A stretch of 64,000 bases of DNA from Candidatus Poribacteria bacterium (lineage in GTDB: Bacteria > Poribacteria > WGA-4E > WGA-3G): positions 107,984-171,983 of the forward strand of contig CBDBFU010000026.1 of NCBI GenBank assembly GCA_965205025.1, read 5' to 3'. Positions within the stretch are counted from its first letter, which is position 1. Every line of letters begins with the position of its first letter. A program made the translations under genes and the position numbers. Positions 1 to 9,371 of this stretch are shown one piece after another. A model generated the notes under the pieces. The model was not told where the DNA came from. It ran no database searches and worked only from the letters and a program-made list of their open reading frames with translations.

Positions 1-2
1 TG

Positions 3-698
3 ACAACGGATGAAGATATACACTTTATCGACTGGTATATAGATGATGAATATAGTTTCACGAGTTTGCACGGTAACACACAAAGTGTGTATGTATACCT
101 GGGCACGTTTGACGGTAACATAAAAGGCATAAAGTATGATGTTAGGGCAGTCGTGTCATTTGTGGAATCCTCTGATGCGGATGGTTCCGACACGTTCCGC
201 GTCTATAAACCGATCTATTTGTCTCGAACAGGCGAAGATACGGGTGCCCAGGGATACGCAGAGATTTCAAGTTTCTACTATACCGGTTCGCATATTATTA
301 TGTCTTCTTACGCCTATGCCTCTAACCCAAGAGATAACCGCAAGGCGGATGACCCAAACAATAACACGCTAAGAGTGGCGCCGTGGTTCTGGACGCAGAA
401 ATACACTGCACCCGATGGTAACGGGGGAGATGAACGTCGAGATACCAAAGTCCCCGAAGATATTGAAGTGGGTGAAACCTCTCAGTATTTTTACGGCGGT
501 CCTCATACTGACGAGGGTCTACCCTTCGATCGTTGGATCGGCACACTGGAAAAAGATGAGGAGGTTTATTATAAAGCGCATACGCACCTTAGGGTGTCTA
601 CAATACAGGGCAATCATAAGGAGGACAACTGGGAAGTAGATTCACAACAGCAGACAAGCACAGCTGCTGTGACGTTTACTGCGGCGGATGGGCCATAA
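3..698 (+). CDS. Hypothetical protein, 5' end lies outside the window
   Basis: The frame of the 66..698 ORF is open back to position 3 (TTDEDIHFIDWYIDD...); no family recognised. Confidence 0.6.
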   Translation, partial: TTDEDIHFIDWYIDDEYSFTSLHGNTQSVYVYLGTFDGNIKGIKYDVRAVVSFVESSDADGSDTFRVYKPIYLSRTGEDTGAQGYAEISSFYYTGSHIIMSSYAYASNPRDNRKADDPNNNTLRVAPWFWTQKYTAPDGNGGDERRDTKVPEDIEVGETSQYFYGGPHTDEGLPFDRWIGTLEKDEEVYYKAHTHLRVSTIQGNHKEDNWEVDSQQQTSTAAVTFTAADGP

Positions 699-710
699 CC
701 CTATTGCAAC

Positions 711-732
711 GGCAGGGGCATGCACCCCTGCC
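711..732 (+). terminator. GC-rich hairpin, possible terminator or attenuator
   Basis: GGCAGGGG-catgca-CCCCTGCC followed by a pyrimidine/T-rich tract, just after the stop at 698. Confidence 0.5.
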
Positions 733-757
733 ATTCCTTCTTTTAAGGAGCAGAACC

Positions 758-1795
758 GTGAAAAGACACAAAGTTTTCTTGTTGTCCTTGCTGCTACTGC
801 TTGTGTCAACTGCAGCGGACACCAAAATCGTTTTCACTTCAGAACGCAACGGTATTGATGGGGTCTACGTGATGGACGATGACGGTAGCAACGAGACACT
901 ACTTACCGACCTGTTGGACCCCGGCCTACCGAGTTGGTCTCCCGACGGCAGACAGATTGTATTTAATAGATATGTGCATCGTAGTAGTGTTCTTTGCTTG
1001 ATGAATCCGGACGGCACAAACATTCGTCAACTCACAGAAGCTGATCATATCAATAGAGCTTCATTTTCACCGGACGGCAAATTTCTCGTTTTTAAGAGAC
1101 GCATTGAGGATCCCGGTGATTGGAAAGACCGCACCATCGTCCTCAATATAGAAACGGGAAAGATGAAAGAGATCTCGGATTTCTGGGGTAACCAACATGA
1201 TTGGTCGCCAGATGGCAAGCATATAATCTGTGCAGAACCTTGGACGCACGGTGTCAATAATACGATTTGGATTATGGATGCTGATGGTGACAACCTACGC
1301 AAACTGATACTCGCAGTGGCTTTTGACGGAGAATTCACGATTCGCCGTCAATGTCCGCGCTGGTCGCCAGATGGCAAACAGATTGTGTTCCTTCAGGTGG
1401 AGTGGAAAACTGTGCGTCCTCTGAATGGCAGGGAAGGACCTTTCTTCAAGGCGTTTCGGTATATGACATGCAATCGCAACGGAGAAAACCTCAGACCGCT
1501 CCATATACCGAAGGACATGGAAGGGCGTAACGTTGACTGGATGGATGACGGTGAATCAATCGTTTTTAGTGCGCGTGCTGCTATCCCTTTGAACCAACCG
1601 CTACCGCATGATTTTGAGTTTCCACCACCGAATATCTACAAATATCATATTCGGACACGCGATATGACACGGATCACAAACCATCCGGGCCGTGATTATA
1701 CAATAGATTGGATAAGTGATGATGTGCTGCCTGTGTCGCCGCAAGGCAAAAAAAAAATAACGTGGGGGCAGGTGAAGCAACAAGACAGTGATTGA
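758..1795 (+). CDS. Secreted TolB-like (PD40/WD40) beta-propeller protein
   Basis: Repeated WSPDG/FSPDG motifs; signal peptide; AAGGAG RBS before GTG at 758; C-terminal PVSPQGKKKITWGQVK. Confidence 0.85.
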   Translation: MKRHKVFLLSLLLLLVSTAADTKIVFTSERNGIDGVYVMDDDGSNETLLTDLLDPGLPSWSPDGRQIVFNRYVHRSSVLCLMNPDGTNIRQLTEADHINRASFSPDGKFLVFKRRIEDPGDWKDRTIVLNIETGKMKEISDFWGNQHDWSPDGKHIICAEPWTHGVNNTIWIMDADGDNLRKLILAVAFDGEFTIRRQCPRWSPDGKQIVFLQVEWKTVRPLNGREGPFFKAFRYMTCNRNGENLRPLHIPKDMEGRNVDWMDDGESIVFSARAAIPLNQPLPHDFEFPPPNIYKYHIRTRDMTRITNHPGRDYTIDWISDDVLPVSPQGKKKITWGQVKQQDSD

Positions 1796-1819
1796 CCGCT
1801 GGTATAGTATAGAATTTTC

Positions 1820-1855
1820 AGGCAGGTATCCGTTGTGGTATCTGCCTATTTCTTT
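1820..1855 (+). terminator. Rho-independent terminator
   Basis: AGGCAGGTATC-cgttgt-GGTATCTGCCT stem (G-U pairs) followed by ATTTCTTT. Confidence 0.6.
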
Positions 1856-1878
1856 GCGTAGTGTGAAAGTCTATATTT

Positions 1879-1898
1879 ACGACTTGTGTCAGTTAACT
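1879..1898. mobile_element. Solo terminal repeat of the IS982-family element
   Basis: ACGACTTGTGTCAGTTAACT matches the IS end at 40394-40413 at 19 of 20 positions. Confidence 0.65.
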
Positions 1899-2036
1899 GA
1901 TTGTTCAACGGTATGAATGCCATACGCGCATTCTACCGAGTGTATTTGGCGTTGATTTTGACTTGGAAATCCAATCAAAAATCATATATGGAATGACGAA
2001 AGTTCTTGCATTGTCAACATCTGTCTGATTTTTCCG

Positions 2037-2065
2037 TTGACATTGTAGGGTTCACATGATATTTT
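2037..2065 (+). promoter_or_regulatory. Putative sigma-70 promoter
   Basis: TTGACA-17 bp-TATTTT with an extended TGn, upstream of the S55 peptidase gene. Confidence 0.5.
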
Positions 2066-2221
2066 AATACATCAATACATTAACTGATTTTTGAAAAACA
2101 AATTTGTTAAGCAACTTAATCTTATACATCTAATATCACAAGATTATAGTTATCAACCTCTGAATCATCGTTAGAATCAAAATGAATATATAAATTTTCA
2201 AAATCAGAGAGGAGTAAAATA

Positions 2222-4111
2222 GTGAAAAAGGTTTTGCTTTGTGCACTTGTAGTTTTTTGTCTGGTTACAGTCCACACAAATGCACAAATTGAATGGGACG
2301 CAAATAAGTTTATGCCATTAGCTGAAATAAAACCAGGCATGAAAGGTAAAGGCTATACTGTATTTAATGGAACAAATGCTGAAGAGTTTACCTTTGAAGT
2401 TGTCAGCATTATATATAATGACGCCTCCCCAGGATGGCATGTGGTATGGGCAGAAGGGACAAGTGAAAACTTTAAAAAGACTGGTGTCGCTGGTGGAATG
2501 AGCGGTAGTCCTGTTTATATTGATGGTCGGCTGATGGGAGCAATTTCTCTTGGATATTTCAATCAACGAGAACGTTCAAACATCTTTGGCATTACCCCAT
2601 TTGAATTAATGGTGAAAGTTACTGAACATGGGATGAAACCCAACCTACTCTATGCAGGTGAACAATTCTTGCACATGGGATCGGAATATGTTAATGAAGG
2701 ACTCAATATGATTCCTTTACCTGGTAACGAAAGTAGAATTGAGAGAACTAATTCACATAAGACAGATTCACTAATACATCCAAGAAACGACATTGATTGG
2801 AAGATGACGCAATTAGCAATACCTGTCACACTGCCACGTCTTGATGCAGCAACAATGCAAATTCTGAAACCATTCTTTGAGCGAGGAAATATGATACCTT
2901 TACAAGGACTGGGGGGTGGTGGTCCAGTTAAAGAGTCTCCAGTTGAAGGTGGACAAACGGTAGGTAATGAGGTCTTGCGTGGTGATGTCGCAGGATTCGG
3001 GTTTGGGACAATTACATACGTTGATAAAGAAAAGAAACAATTACTTGCCTATGGACATCCCGCATTTAGTGAAGGAAATGTCAATCTACCACTTTCTGGT
3101 GGTCATGTACATTTTATTCTTCCAAGTCGTACGCGTTCATCTAAAGTTGCCTCCGCAACACAACCCATTGGCACTTTAGTACAAGATAGAGTGCCAGCTA
3201 TTGCAGGAATAATTGAAGAAGTACCAAATACACATCACTATCTACCGGTGTCTGTAAAGATACAAACATCAGATATGAAAGTACATGAAAAGTACTATGA
3301 AGCAGCACGCGATAAGATGTTTACAGCAGTATATGCTTCTTCTGGCATTTCATCTCTTATTAATGCAATGGAATTCAGTGGGAATGATTACACTATTGAT
3401 GTTAATGCAAAAATTAAGCTTAGAGATCAGCCGGAATTAAATACCAATGAATTAGTGCTAAACAACACCTATTCTTCATCCGGATCTCCTGCTTTTAATG
3501 CCTCACAGTTAGTCATGGGACCGTTGATGGACTTGATAGTAAATCCGTATACAAAAGTTAGAGTAGAATCGATTGATTTCAACGTTAAAGTTGAGGACAG
3601 ACGTAAAACAGCTTCCATCTTAACCACTCAGGTAGATAAACAGGTCTACCGTCCAGGAGAAGAGATTACTGTCACCCTTAGTATCCGTCCTTACCTTGAG
3701 AAACCCAAGACTATGACTGCCTCAATTAAAATTCCTGATGACACTGCTGATGGAATTGTCTTGCTACGTGGAATGAGTGCCGGAACATACCGGTCATGGA
3801 GACTCTCACGAGCTCCAGGGAATTTTCAAGCGAAGAATATCAATCATCTGATGGAATTGTGGCAAAATGATCGTCAACCTAATACTGATCTTATATTGGA
3901 GATTTCTCAACAAAAACCGGGATTAACAGTTCAAGGACAGGAATTCCCGGATCTACCAATATCTGTTATGTCGGTCATGAATACTGGATTGCGTATCGGG
4001 GAAAATAGGTATACCAATGGTACAGAATTACAAACTAACAATGTGAAAACAGATTATATCATATTTGGTAGTTTTACATTTCCTATCGCAATTGATAGTA
4101 ATGCTCAATAA
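2222..4111 (+). CDS. Secreted SpoIVB peptidase S55 domain protein
   Basis: IKPGMKGKGYTVF, GVAGGMSGSPVYIDGRLMGAIS, GTITYVD...LLAYGHP motifs; signal peptide; GAGGAG RBS. Confidence 0.85.
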   Translation: MKKVLLCALVVFCLVTVHTNAQIEWDANKFMPLAEIKPGMKGKGYTVFNGTNAEEFTFEVVSIIYNDASPGWHVVWAEGTSENFKKTGVAGGMSGSPVYIDGRLMGAISLGYFNQRERSNIFGITPFELMVKVTEHGMKPNLLYAGEQFLHMGSEYVNEGLNMIPLPGNESRIERTNSHKTDSLIHPRNDIDWKMTQLAIPVTLPRLDAATMQILKPFFERGNMIPLQGLGGGGPVKESPVEGGQTVGNEVLRGDVAGFGFGTITYVDKEKKQLLAYGHPAFSEGNVNLPLSGGHVHFILPSRTRSSKVASATQPIGTLVQDRVPAIAGIIEEVPNTHHYLPVSVKIQTSDMKVHEKYYEAARDKMFTAVYASSGISSLINAMEFSGNDYTIDVNAKIKLRDQPELNTNELVLNNTYSSSGSPAFNASQLVMGPLMDLIVNPYTKVRVESIDFNVKVEDRRKTASILTTQVDKQVYRPGEEITVTLSIRPYLEKPKTMTASIKIPDDTADGIVLLRGMSAGTYRSWRLSRAPGNFQAKNINHLMELWQNDRQPNTDLILEISQQKPGLTVQGQEFPDLPISVMSVMNTGLRIGENRYTNGTELQTNNVKTDYIIFGSFTFPIAIDSNAQ

Positions 4112-4171
4112 ACCACATTACGGATTAATATTACTCTATATAATAGTGCAGTATAACAGGAGGAATGTTCT

Positions 4172-6281
4172 ATGCACCGTGCGTTTCGTTTTTGTATCCT
4201 AATAACAACTGTTTTAATTTATGTAAGTCTCGCTTCAGCTGTGACAACCTCGTTGTGGGAACAACAATCCCGTACAGATTTTTGAAGCGGGAGAGATCAA
4301 GGATATATCAGTTAGTAGTTTGGGAGATGCAATGTTATCTCTCAAGATTGAGGAATTTTCAGAAGTCAAAGAAGCTCAAGTATGGGCGCTTGCAGAAGAT
4401 TCAGATGGAAATATATATGCTGGAACCGGTATTGAAGGAAAAATCTATAAAATTAGTGCAGATGGTAAAACGGTATCACTGTATTACGATTCACCCGAGG
4501 TAACTATTTATAGTCTCGCAATTAAAGATGATGGGACACTTTACGCAGGTACAGGACCGGACGGCCTCATATATAAAATCACAGATCAAGATACACCACC
4601 TAAAACAATACTCAGTAAAGGTGATAAATATGTATGGGCACTGCATTTAGATGGAGATGGAAACCTATATGCAGCAACCGGTACTGAAGGTAAGATATAT
4701 AAAATCACACCTGAGGATGAAGTAAATGTATTATTTGATGCAGAAGAGAAAAACATCAGATCTTTAGTCGCAGCCGATGAAGGATTCTATGCAGGTAGTG
4801 GTGATAACGGCATCATCTATAGGATAATGCAAGATGGTTCTGCGAATGTTGTATATCAAGCAAAAGAAAAGGAAATACGAGATCTTGTCACAGACAGTGA
4901 AGGAAATGTATATGCTTCAGCAATTACTTCACTGCCGGTAGATAGAGGAAATCGAGCACAGAGTCGAGGTCCTGCTGTTCCAAGTCCACAACCACCAGGA
5001 AGTGGACCACCTAAAGAAAATAAGTCTTATATATATAAGCTGCATCCTGATGGAACAACCGCATTAGTTTGGACTTCTACAGAACCACTTATCTTATCAG
5101 TTGTTTTAGAAAATGACGAACAACTCTTAGTGGGTACTGGAGATAAAGGGAAGTTATACCGTGTCAACACGAAAACAGGTGAATTTGCATCAATCGGGAA
5201 ATGCTCAAGTAAAGAAGTGGTTACTATACATCAAATAAAGCAAGATGATGGAATGAGGACTGTTATCGGAACTGGAAATCCTGGAAAACTCTTTTCTGTA
5301 ACTTCATCCTATGTTGAAGAAGGAACGCTTGAATCTTCGGTTCATAACACCCAAAGTCTGTCACGTTGGGGTAAACTTTCTTGGGAAGCCAATGTTGAAG
5401 ATGGTACATCACTGACTTTTTCTACTCGTACAGGGAATACCAGAAAACCTGATGATACATGGAATGATTGGTCAGAGGAACTTACAACCGCTGAAGGATC
5501 ACAAATTCCTAATGCTGATGCTCAATATATCCAATGGAAAGCTAAGTTCACTACTACTGAAGTAGGGAAGACACCTATTCTGAAGAAAGTCTCACTCGCT
5601 TCAGCACAAGCCAATATTAAACCTTTGTTTTCTGGAATCAGTATTAATACTGGTAGTGGTAGTAGTAGCAGAAGTAGTGCACAAAGACCAGGACCACCGG
5701 CTCCAAGTGGTTCGAGTCGGGGATCATCACCTGCAACACCGAAAAAGTGGAAAGTTGAATGGAAAGTAGCTGATGCTAATAAAGATACTTTGCAATTTAA
5801 CCTATACTATAAAGGTGTTGATGAGGAGAATTGGAAACTCCTGAAGAAGGAACTTTCCGCACCAAGTTATGATTGGGATATTACTACCGTTGCTGATGGT
5901 AGATACGAGTTGAAAGTAAATGCTACAGATAAATTAAGCAATCCGGTAGGATGGGAAAAATCTGCTGAAAAGATGAGCACACCATTTAATATTGACAATA
6001 CCGATCCCGAGGTGGGAGACATCGAAATTGCTGACAATGGTGACGGAAGCTATAAAATCACATGTAGTGTTTCAGATATGATGAATACTGTTGAAAAAGC
6101 AGTTTACAAAATTGATAACGATGAAAAATGGAAAGTGATCTTCCCTGAGGATGGTATCTTTGATTCCAAGGAAGAAAATCTTCTATTAGAAACTGGTAAA
6201 TTGTCTGAAGGTCCACATAGTATTATAATACGTGTAACCGATAGAGCAAAGAATGTAGCAACTGGACGCGCAAGTTTCTAA
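4172..6281 (+). CDS. Secreted beta-propeller protein with C-terminal Ig/FN3-like domains; apparent +1 frameshift at the T5 run 4279-4283
   Basis: AGGAGG RBS; ATG 4172 gives a signal peptide and VTTSLWEQQSRTDF, continuing as EAGEIKDISVSSLG into the 4320..6281 frame; repeated (L/I)YAGTGxxGxIYKI blades. Confidence 0.8.
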
Positions 6282-6303
6282 ATTTTCATCTATTGTATTA
6301 ATC

Positions 6304-6344
6304 AACAGAGAAGGGCAGGTAATCTACCTGCCCTTCTCTGTTTT
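6304..6344. terminator. Bidirectional terminator between convergent genes
   Basis: Perfect 18-bp stem AACAGAGAAGGGCAGGTA/TACCTGCCCTTCTCTGTT. Confidence 0.85.
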
Positions 6345-6413
6345 CGTAATGGAAAACTTCTCAGATTTTGGTACGTTTCCTCATAAAAATTTAATATGGG
6401 AATAGTCTTCAAT

Positions 6414-7784
6414 TCATGGATTAAACTCTGTCACTTCAGCAATCGCCTTATAGGTAATATCCAGCAGAGAGTCTAATTCCGAAATTGTGATCTGCAATGG
6501 TGGCATCAATACAATTGTATTCACCAAAGGACGGAGAATCGCGCCACGTTCAAGTGCAGCCTTGCAAACTCTAAGTCCAACTTTTTCTTCAAATGGATAT
6601 AGAGTTTGTCTCTTAGTATTTTCCATTAATTCTATTCCTACAGCCAGACCACAAACACGAATATCCCCGACATGATTCAAAGTGTAGAATTCTTGAAGTC
6701 TGTCCTGTAAATGCTGTATTGTCACTTGTATTTTTCCGATAAGATTTTCACGTTCAAATATAGAGATATTCTCCAATGCTACTGCACACCCTAAAGGGTT
6801 TCCAGTAAAAGTATGTCCATGAAAGAAAGTCTTAAGGTCGCTATAATCCCCAAGGAACACTTCATAGATGTCATCTGTAGTTAGGGTTGCAGCAAGTGGA
6901 AGATAACCCGCTGCTAATCCTTTAGCAGTACATAAAATATCCGGAGATACATCCTCATGCTCACATGCCCACATCCTTCCAGTCCGTCCAAATCCTGTCA
7001 TTACTTCATCTACGATAAGAATTGTTCCATAATGACTTGCTAATTCTTCAACACCCTTTAAAAACCCTTTAGGTGAAATTAACATTCCACCTGCTCCTTG
7101 TATAAGGGGTTCTAAAATAATACCGGCAATACGACCTTGATTTTCTGTTAGAGCCCGGTCAACCGAATTAAGCCACCCTTCCTTTTCTAACGTAACATCA
7201 TATTCTTTTCCTTGTGCTGTATATTGTTTTGGCACATTAACTCGGACATTTTCAAAGAGCAGGGAATTAAATGTACTATGAAAGGTGTGAATACCACCTA
7301 CACTCATAGCTCCTACTGTATCTCCGTGATATGCATTATCAAAGTGAATAAATAATTTACGTTCTGATTCACCCTTATGTTGCCAATACTGAATTGAAAG
7401 TTTCAGTGCTACTTCAACAGCAGTAGACCCGTTATCTGAATAGAATACTTTGTTTAGTCCTGAGGGTGTAATTTCAACAAGTTTTTTTGCAAGCTCAATG
7501 GCGGGAATATTACTATAACCCAGCAATGTTGAATGTGCAATCTTATCTAACTGATTTTTTAGGGAGGTATTAAGTTGAGGGTGGTTATGACCGTGGATAT
7601 TCGTCCACATTGATGCTATACCGTCAAGATATTGATTTCCATCAATATCAATCAGGTAAACACCTTCACCACGTTCAATAATTACAGGATCATCTGAAAG
7701 CCAATCCTGCATCTGTGTAAAAGGATGCCAGAGATAACTCTTATCCCATTCAACTAACTTCTCTCTATCCCTTAAGTTTCGCAT
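6414..7784 (-). CDS. bioA: Adenosylmethionine-8-amino-7-oxononanoate aminotransferase
   Basis: LWHPFTQM, SDNGSTAVEVALK, AYHGDTVGA, DEVMTGFGRTG, AKGLAAGYLP, FFHGHTFTGNPL. Confidence 0.92.
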   Translation of the reverse strand: MRNLRDREKLVEWDKSYLWHPFTQMQDWLSDDPVIIERGEGVYLIDIDGNQYLDGIASMWTNIHGHNHPQLNTSLKNQLDKIAHSTLLGYSNIPAIELAKKLVEITPSGLNKVFYSDNGSTAVEVALKLSIQYWQHKGESERKLFIHFDNAYHGDTVGAMSVGGIHTFHSTFNSLLFENVRVNVPKQYTAQGKEYDVTLEKEGWLNSVDRALTENQGRIAGIILEPLIQGAGGMLISPKGFLKGVEELASHYGTILIVDEVMTGFGRTGRMWACEHEDVSPDILCTAKGLAAGYLPLAATLTTDDIYEVFLGDYSDLKTFFHGHTFTGNPLGCAVALENISIFERENLIGKIQVTIQHLQDRLQEFYTLNHVGDIRVCGLAVGIELMENTKRQTLYPFEEKVGLRVCKAALERGAILRPLVNTIVLMPPLQITISELDSLLDITYKAIAEVTEFNP

Positions 7785-9063
7785 AGTGGACGGGAGATTC
7801 TATAGAGAGATCATCATACGTTCCTGTTTTCGGTACGATGATTTCAAGCATCCTATTTTGATACTTTGCGTAAAAGTCTTCTGGTTGGCACGGAATTGGG
7901 AAGATATTTCTGAAGCCATCAGGGAATGAACTGGTACGTCCAACCACCTTCTCAAAACGAGGATCAGCAAATTCCATTGGCTTTTCTGGATCCCTTGGAA
8001 GTTGGGTTTGAACAGTCACCACACTCTCTTGATCCAGTGGAGATTCATCGGGGGCAAAAGGTGAACTGATTGATACCTCATAATCGTAGTGAGGCATTCT
8101 ATCCGGCAGTTCATAAGTGTTTTTCGCTGAAGAATCTGGTACCCAACGTGGGAATTCTATTTCAATCCGATAATAGTCTGCTAACTCTGAGACACGGTTC
8201 ACCATGCCATAACGACGGTAACGTTCTTTTATATCATCCGAGTATATAGCACCTTCGGTTTCAACTGCCCCTGGCATTGTTTTTCTTAATCCAACATCAT
8301 CGTTTACCAAGGTCGAACGTAACCCTATAAGAAGTGGGGTTGCTACTAATGAAGCAAACCACCCATAGATTGATGCTCCATAACGCGCATCTTCTGATTC
8401 ACTTGTAGAAGTCAACTCAGATTTAAAACGAACCATTCCCTCAACAATAGCAATAACTATTCCCAAGAAGATCATCAAATTACCAGATGGAGTAAAAAGA
8501 CCTACTGTTCCCTGCTGCATTCCAATGAAAAACAGAACAAGCGGGTATAGAACCAGATTGATAAGACTATTAATACCTGTAGAAATGGCAGCACTAAATA
8601 TTCGAGGATTACCTGCCATCTCCTCTAATCGGGACTTAAATCCCGCTGAGAACGCACCTAACAAAGGTTGTCCCAGCATTACAATCAATCCGTAGGGGGA
8701 ACGTAATGACGATCTGGCTGCATTTGGTAACTGAACAAATTCTTCTGGTACACCTTGTTCTTTTTTCTTTTTAGATTGTCCCGCATCATCAGCGCCGTCA
8801 TCATCTGACTCAGGTTTAACAAAGGTTTCAAAGAACTTGCTATTTACTTCTATATATGATTCCCATTCACTCGGAACATCACTCTGCATAAAGATAGCAG
8901 TGACAGGACATACAGGTTCACACGCTGCGCAATCAATACAAACGCTTGGATCAATATACAGTTGGTTTTCACCTTCAGAAGTATGTATGCAATCCACTGG
9001 ACAGACATCAACACATGCCGTGTCTTTTACATCAACACAAGGTTCACAGATAACATATGCCAT
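7765..9063 (-). CDS. FdxA-type 7Fe ferredoxin fused to a membrane region and an HSP20-like C-terminal domain
   Basis: AYVICEPCVDVKDTACVDVCPVDCI...CIDCAACEPVCP; acidic linker; 3-4 hydrophobic helices; C-terminal FRNIFPIP...AKYQNRMLEIIVPK. Confidence 0.75.
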   Translation of the reverse strand: MAYVICEPCVDVKDTACVDVCPVDCIHTSEGENQLYIDPSVCIDCAACEPVCPVTAIFMQSDVPSEWESYIEVNSKFFETFVKPESDDDGADDAGQSKKKKEQGVPEEFVQLPNAARSSLRSPYGLIVMLGQPLLGAFSAGFKSRLEEMAGNPRIFSAAISTGINSLINLVLYPLVLFFIGMQQGTVGLFTPSGNLMIFLGIVIAIVEGMVRFKSELTSTSESEDARYGASIYGWFASLVATPLLIGLRSTLVNDDVGLRKTMPGAVETEGAIYSDDIKERYRRYGMVNRVSELADYYRIEIEFPRWVPDSSAKNTYELPDRMPHYDYEVSISSPFAPDESPLDQESVVTVQTQLPRDPEKPMEFADPRFEKVVGRTSSFPDGFRNIFPIPCQPEDFYAKYQNRMLEIIVPKTGTYDDLSIESPVHYAKLKG

Positions 9064-9371
9064 ATCAACATTACTTCCTTTAGAATATATATATACAATA
9101 ATTATAATATCATAATTATACCTAAGATAGCAAGTTTCACCCACGGTACCTGATCCATAGTAACGGAATTCCGTTATATCAAATCTAACGAACCTTGAAA
9201 AGGTGTTTTAGCAGTAAGTATACATCAAATGTATGTCTTTGATTTTACTATGAAAACGGCACCTTCTATGATATACTGCATAGGAAAGAGGAGAATTTAG
9301 TTTAGATCAGCTATAAACTTCAACTGATAACAACGTTGACTATATAGGAACCCTTGAATATAACTGAGAAA

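Noticed and set aside
4165-4503. 112-aa ORF after the AGGAGG RBS
   Set aside because: Shadow frame of the frameshifted propeller gene that starts at 4172
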